30,257 nucleotides of DNA from Candidatus Odinarchaeota archaeon (lineage in GTDB: Archaea; Asgardarchaeota; Odinarchaeia; Odinarchaeales; Odinarchaeaceae), in assembly GCA_038826135.1 (NCBI GenBank), contig JAWBON010000002.1:1-30257 (forward strand). The letters are read 5' to 3'. Position numbers and translations under genes: made by a program. Positions within the stretch are counted from its first letter, which is position 1. Each line of letters opens with the position of its first letter. The notes under the pieces are model-generated. The model was not told the DNA's origin. It did no database searches and saw only the letters and a list, made by a program, of their open reading frames with translations. Of the stretch, positions 26,644 to 30,257 are shown piece after piece.

Positions 26644-27639
26644 TTAAGGTTTCCATGAAGGCGGATATGTTCCAGCCTTCATTAATACACTATCTGTTAA
26701 AGCGACCAGACCGTGATCCATATCTAAAATCTGCTTAGTGGTTGCTAAAGCCCTTCCTAAAGCTATAATCTCCCCCTTTAAAGTGAAGAACGCCACCAGT
26801 TCATTGGGCTGTATATCTGTCTCTAATTTTAAAACACCGGGCGCTGCTAGCGCGGCTCCGTGGCATATTGCGTCAACAGCTGAGTCTCTTACTATAATCT
26901 TAGGTATATGAGGGATCGCGTTCTCCATAGGTTGTATAACATTTCTAATAGCGTTCTCATCACCCTCCTCCTCGTAGAATCTGTAAGCGTCTAACACGTC
27001 GTGTAATGTTTTAAGTGTTTCATCCTCTCTATGGGGGCCACTTCTGGTTCTTCTAAGCTCCTGCATGTGAGCGCCGCATCCGAGAACCTCCCCTATATCA
27101 TATACTAGTTTGCGCGCGTATGTTCCAGCCTCGCAACCCACTATTATCAATGCATCTCTGCCAGAAACCTCTAATAAATCAATATAGTAAACGCTTCTAA
27201 TCCTCAGCTCTCTTTTAACAGATGATCTTACCGGGGGTCTCTGATATATTCTACCTTGGAAAAGCTGGACTGCTTCTCTAACCTTAGCTTCAGGAATCTG
27301 GGTGTGAAGCCTCATTAACACGATGTATTCTTTACCAGCGTTAAGTAATGCTTGAATTAGTTTAGTCCCTTTGCTGAGTAAAACAGGTAGAACGCCTGTA
27401 ACCTGAGGATCTAGTGTTCCGCTGTGCCCTGCTTTCCTTATTTGAAATATTTTCTTAATCCACGCTACAACCTCGTGGGATGTAGGTCCGGCTGGTTTAT
27501 CTAGGTTTATGAAGCCTCTATCAATATATTCTTTAATAGACCTCATATTCGGCGGTAGACCGTATTCCGGGTTAGTTGTATCATCAGCTTTAACTATCAG
27601 CTTTCTTTCTCTGTCAATAGGTAAACGATACTTCTCCAA
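26644..27639 (-). CDS. truB: H/ACA RNA-guided pseudouridine synthase Cbf5 (TruB family)
   Basis: NLDKPAGPTSHEV, catalytic GHSGTLDP, GKEYI, CEAGTY.RKL, ELRRTRSG and a PUA domain. Confidence 0.96.
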   Translation of the reverse strand: MEKYRLPIDRERKLIVKADDTTNPEYGLPPNMRSIKEYIDRGFINLDKPAGPTSHEVVAWIKKIFQIRKAGHSGTLDPQVTGVLPVLLSKGTKLIQALLNAGKEYIVLMRLHTQIPEAKVREAVQLFQGRIYQRPPVRSSVKRELRIRSVYYIDLLEVSGRDALIIVGCEAGTYARKLVYDIGEVLGCGAHMQELRRTRSGPHREDETLKTLHDVLDAYRFYEEEGDENAIRNVIQPMENAIPHIPKIIVRDSAVDAICHGAALAAPGVLKLETDIQPNELVAFFTLKGEIIALGRALATTKQILDMDHGLVALTDSVLMKAGTYPPSWKP

Positions 27640-27671
27640 TTAACCGCCTTCCAACCATTTTTATTCTATAA

Positions 27672-27719
27672 TCTGGAGAACGCTTTATTAGTCGATTTCA
27701 GCTATCAACCTGTATTCTC
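27672..27719 (-). ncRNA. Candidate K-loop-containing H/ACA-like hairpin between eL14 and cbf5
   Basis: Manual fold: lower stem GAGAAU/GUUCUC, internal loop, upper stem GGUU/AAUC capped by GA-UAGCU-GA, and an AGA box 3' of the stem. Confidence 0.3.
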
Positions 27720-27724
27720 GAGAA

Positions 27725-27997
27725 CTATTTCACAGGGTTTTTAACATAGTCTAACTGGTTGGCTTTCTGTAAAGCTTCTAGGATCTCCTTGTCATCAGCG
27801 CCTTTTTTAATATCTATTTTTATAGGGGTTGGCTCGATATGTTTAATATTAGTTCTTCTCCTACGCACTCCTGTAAGTTCCTTAGGACCTGTTACAAGTA
27901 CGAAGTTTTTATCAACACTGTCAACTATAATACATTTTCTACCCGCTTCTCTACCATATAGTTTTACACAAATCCTACCAACTTCTATAATCGGCAT
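27725..27997 (-). CDS. rpl14e: 50S ribosomal protein eL14
   Basis: [49 protein letters not shown]. Confidence 0.96.
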   Translation of the reverse strand: MPIIEVGRICVKLYGREAGRKCIIVDSVDKNFVLVTGPKELTGVRRRRTNIKHIEPTPIKIDIKKGADDKEILEALQKANQLDYVKNPVK

Positions 27998-28103
27998 TTT
28001 ACACCTCCTCCTTTCTAGGTCTACATTAGAGTCGCCTCTAATGGTTCACTCCTGTGAATGAGAGGTTACTAACCCGATACTAAAAAACAAACAGTATTTA
28101 AAA
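27998..28103 (-). promoter_or_regulatory. eL14-cbf5 promoter (TATA TTTTAAATA, 28095-28103) with a ~75-nt structured 5' leader
   Basis: Perfect 8-bp hairpin CAUUAGAG-GCGA-CUCUAAUG (28024-28043), hairpin UUCAC-AGGA-GUGAA (28045-28058), and SD GGAGGAGGU. Confidence 0.6.
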
Positions 28104-28127
28104 GATTATTGGTTTATCTGAAGACTG

Positions 28128-28757
28128 TTATTTTAATATTTTGCCCGTTTCAATATACCAGAGATATAAATCCAGCTCAGCCAGACTTAAATTATTTCGC
28201 TCCGCTATTTCTCGTAGAGTCCCCTCGATCTCTAAATATTTTCTCTTAGTGAGTGTTTTAGGTTTAGTTACGAGTCTATGCTTGTCAAGCAGTTCTAGTA
28301 TGTGGCTGTCTATTATAGCTATATTCGAGTAGCCTATATTTCTCATAAAATGGGATGCCTCTTTATATCCTAGACCTTTAATGTTGTTTTTAAGCCATTC
28401 CCTGAGCTCAGATTCTCCTATACTATTATCAACTAGTTCCTTTATTTTCTCCCTATATTTTCTCGCTTGAACTATGTATTTTGCTCTGAATGGGAAACGG
28501 TAGCCGTTATCTCTTAACACTCTCTCCAGTTCCCCCTCTCCCATATTTAAAAAACATTCACGTATTCTCTGATGTATTGTTATAGCGCGTTCAGCGTTAA
28601 AATTCGCTGTTAAAATACAGTAACATAGCTCTTCATATATTCGATCACAACAACTTTTACCGGTGTTTTTAAATTCTAAAATCCGCTCTTCCACTTTATT
28701 TTTTAAACCGCTGGCTTTCAATCTTTCAATTTCTCTTATAAGCTGCTCGTAAACCAT
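28128..28757 (-). CDS. ogg: N-glycosylase/DNA lyase, 8-oxoguanine glycosylase (Ogg2 type)
   Basis: ELCYCILTAN, YRFP.RAKYI, HhH-GPD region IKGLGYKEASHFMRNIG...IAIIDSHIL, LDLYLWY..TGKILK. Confidence 0.93.
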   Translation of the reverse strand: MVYEQLIREIERLKASGLKNKVEERILEFKNTGKSCCDRIYEELCYCILTANFNAERAITIHQRIRECFLNMGEGELERVLRDNGYRFPFRAKYIVQARKYREKIKELVDNSIGESELREWLKNNIKGLGYKEASHFMRNIGYSNIAIIDSHILELLDKHRLVTKPKTLTKRKYLEIEGTLREIAERNNLSLAELDLYLWYIETGKILK

Positions 28758-28793
28758 GCTAAATCCACATCTGATAATTAGAAAAATTTAAAA

Positions 28794-29981
28794 TTACAGT
28801 AAACCGATCTCTTTATGCTTTAATGCTACTTGCTCAGCTAATTGATCTAGTTTTTCAAAATCAGGTTTTTTAGGATACCCTTTTATTATTACAGGTTCAA
28901 TTATCTCTGGTTTTATAGATGTGAATAATCCCTTAATGTATTCGACCATTCTACCACCCCACCCGTAGGAGCCGATTACTGAAACATATCTTGTTTTAGG
29001 TCTAAGTATGTTTACAAGATATGCGGCGTAGAAAGCTGACGGGTGCGGGCCGATTAGCATTGTAGGTGAACCTATTATAACCGTAGCCGCATCAATCAGG
29101 CTCATAGCTAACTCCCCTATATCCGCGTTCGTCAAATTATAGGGTTTAACTATTATTCCTTTACCTTCAAGCGCTTTTATAAGATGTTTAACCATTCTCA
29201 ACGTGCTGCCGTGCATTGAAACATAAGGTAAAACCACTATGTTTTTCACATTATCCGACGCCCATTCTCTGTAGGCTTCGAATATTAACTCAGGATTTTT
29301 ATAAATCGGGCCGTGGCTTGGAGCGATAAAATCTATTTTCATTTTTCCAAGACTCTCTAAATGTTTTATAATATGTGCTCTGAAAGGCATCATTATCTCC
29401 GCGTAGTATCTTTTAGCCGCACTTAACAGCTTGTTTTCATCGATAGAGGTGGAAAAACTGTTAGATGCCATATGGGAGCCGAAGAAATCGCAGCTGAATA
29501 GAATAGAATCCTCTAAGAGAAATGTTACCATGGTTTCCGGCCAGTGAACCCACGGGGTCATAATAAATTTTAAAGTCTTATCGCCTAAACTCAGTGTCTC
29601 ACCGTCTCCCACGACTTTAAATTTCTCTTCAGGTATTAGTAATAGGTCTTTAAGCATCTCTTTACACTTAATATTAGTAACCACTTTAGCTGTAGGGTAT
29701 TTTTCGAGAACTAACGGTATTCCCCCTGAGTGATCTTGTTCAGCGTGGTTGGAGATAACGTAGTTTATCTCTCTTATTTTTAAGCTTCTCAGATTATCTA
29801 TTAACTCATCCTGCTTGGTCGGGTCTACAGCGTCGATAAGAGCGGTTTTACTTTTACCTATAATAATGTAAGAGTTATATGAGGTCCCATCTGGTAGAGG
29901 GATTATCTCATCGAAAAGTCGTCTATCGGCATCTAAAACACCTACAGAATATACGCCGGGTTTTAACTCTCTCACGTTCAT
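28794..29981 (-). CDS. fprA: Flavodiiron protein (FprA family, A-type flavoprotein)
   Basis: GTSYNSY, HAEQDHSG, VHWPETM, SCDFFG, IAPSHGP, flavodoxin YVSMHGST and GSYGWGG. Start moved to ATG 29981 after SD AGGTG. Confidence 0.95.
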   Translation of the reverse strand: MNVRELKPGVYSVGVLDADRRLFDEIIPLPDGTSYNSYIIIGKSKTALIDAVDPTKQDELIDNLRSLKIREINYVISNHAEQDHSGGIPLVLEKYPTAKVVTNIKCKEMLKDLLLIPEEKFKVVGDGETLSLGDKTLKFIMTPWVHWPETMVTFLLEDSILFSCDFFGSHMASNSFSTSIDENKLLSAAKRYYAEIMMPFRAHIIKHLESLGKMKIDFIAPSHGPIYKNPELIFEAYREWASDNVKNIVVLPYVSMHGSTLRMVKHLIKALEGKGIIVKPYNLTNADIGELAMSLIDAATVIIGSPTMLIGPHPSAFYAAYLVNILRPKTRYVSVIGSYGWGGRMVEYIKGLFTSIKPEIIEPVIIKGYPKKPDFEKLDQLAEQVALKHKEIGLL

Positions 29982-30052
29982 ATCATACACCTGTAATTTA
30001 ATATTTTATCGATTTTATAAATAATAAGCTTTCAAATATTAGTTTCTTCGCT

Positions 30053-30256
30053 TCACTCGCGGTCTCTGAGTCTTCTTAATAGCGCTTTATATTTTTCAGC
30101 GTGTCCCTCCTCAGCTCTAGCTAATGCTAAGAATTTAACAGCTATATCTGTGTAACCTTCATCTTTAGCTATTTTTGCGAAATTCGGGTACATTTCCTTA
30201 AACTCGTACACTTCCCCGGTCACAGCCATATTTATGTTTTTAAAAGTGGAACCTAA
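30053..30256 (-). CDS. rbr: Rubrerythrin-family protein, 3' part (5' end outside window)
   Basis: Manual translation gives LGSTFKNINMAVTGEVYEFKEMYPNFAKIAKDEGYTDIAVKFLALARAEEGHAEKYKALLRRLRDRE*. It contains the second diiron half-site (GE.YE..EMYP, ExxH). Confidence 0.9.
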   Translation of the reverse strand, partial: LGSTFKNINMAVTGEVYEFKEMYPNFAKIAKDEGYTDIAVKFLALARAEEGHAEKYKALLRRLRDRE

Positions 30257-30257
30257 A

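Noticed and set aside
25995-28332. Small ORFs overlapping cmk, the tRNA, eL14 and ogg (25995, 26235, 26426, 27759, 28141)
   Set aside because: They are antisense to or overlap confident features. The 26426 ORF runs through the tRNA gene.
1-30257. CRISPR arrays, transposases, integrases, rRNA genes or defence systems
   Set aside because: I saw no repeat-spacer arrays, terminal inverted repeats, recombinase motifs or rRNA-like sequence.

Overview
Archaeal chromosomal window with an AT-rich composition, GGAGG/GGTGA ribosome-binding sites and TATA-box promoters. An Asgard (Odinarchaeia-like) origin is inferred from a longin-domain/Arf-like GTPase fusion and a Sec61alpha-like SecY N-terminus. Bases 11981-27997 hold a rearranged S10/spc ribosomal protein cluster. 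uS19 is isolated, a reverse-strand ferredoxin + ABC ATPase pair is inserted before uL22, Hsp20 is inserted between uL30 and uL15, and the eL14-cbf5-tRNA-Ser block is inverted. The left accessory part encodes a glycosylated multi-pass membrane protein and a surface protein separated by a 13-bp direct repeat, a longin-GTPase, gatE-gatD, a small membrane protein resembling eukaryotic DPM2/PIG-P, a glutaminase-less GlmS-type SIS protein and a phosphohexomutase. The right end carries ogg, fprA and a partial rubrerythrin. The best leads are the DPM2/PIG-P-like gene beside amino-sugar genes, the membrane protein/direct repeat/surface protein module, a structured eL14 leader that can sequester its SD, and a K-loop H/ACA-like hairpin just upstream of cbf5. 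Many start codons were moved from the ORF track to the SD-supported codon. All homology calls are from motif recognition, not database searches.
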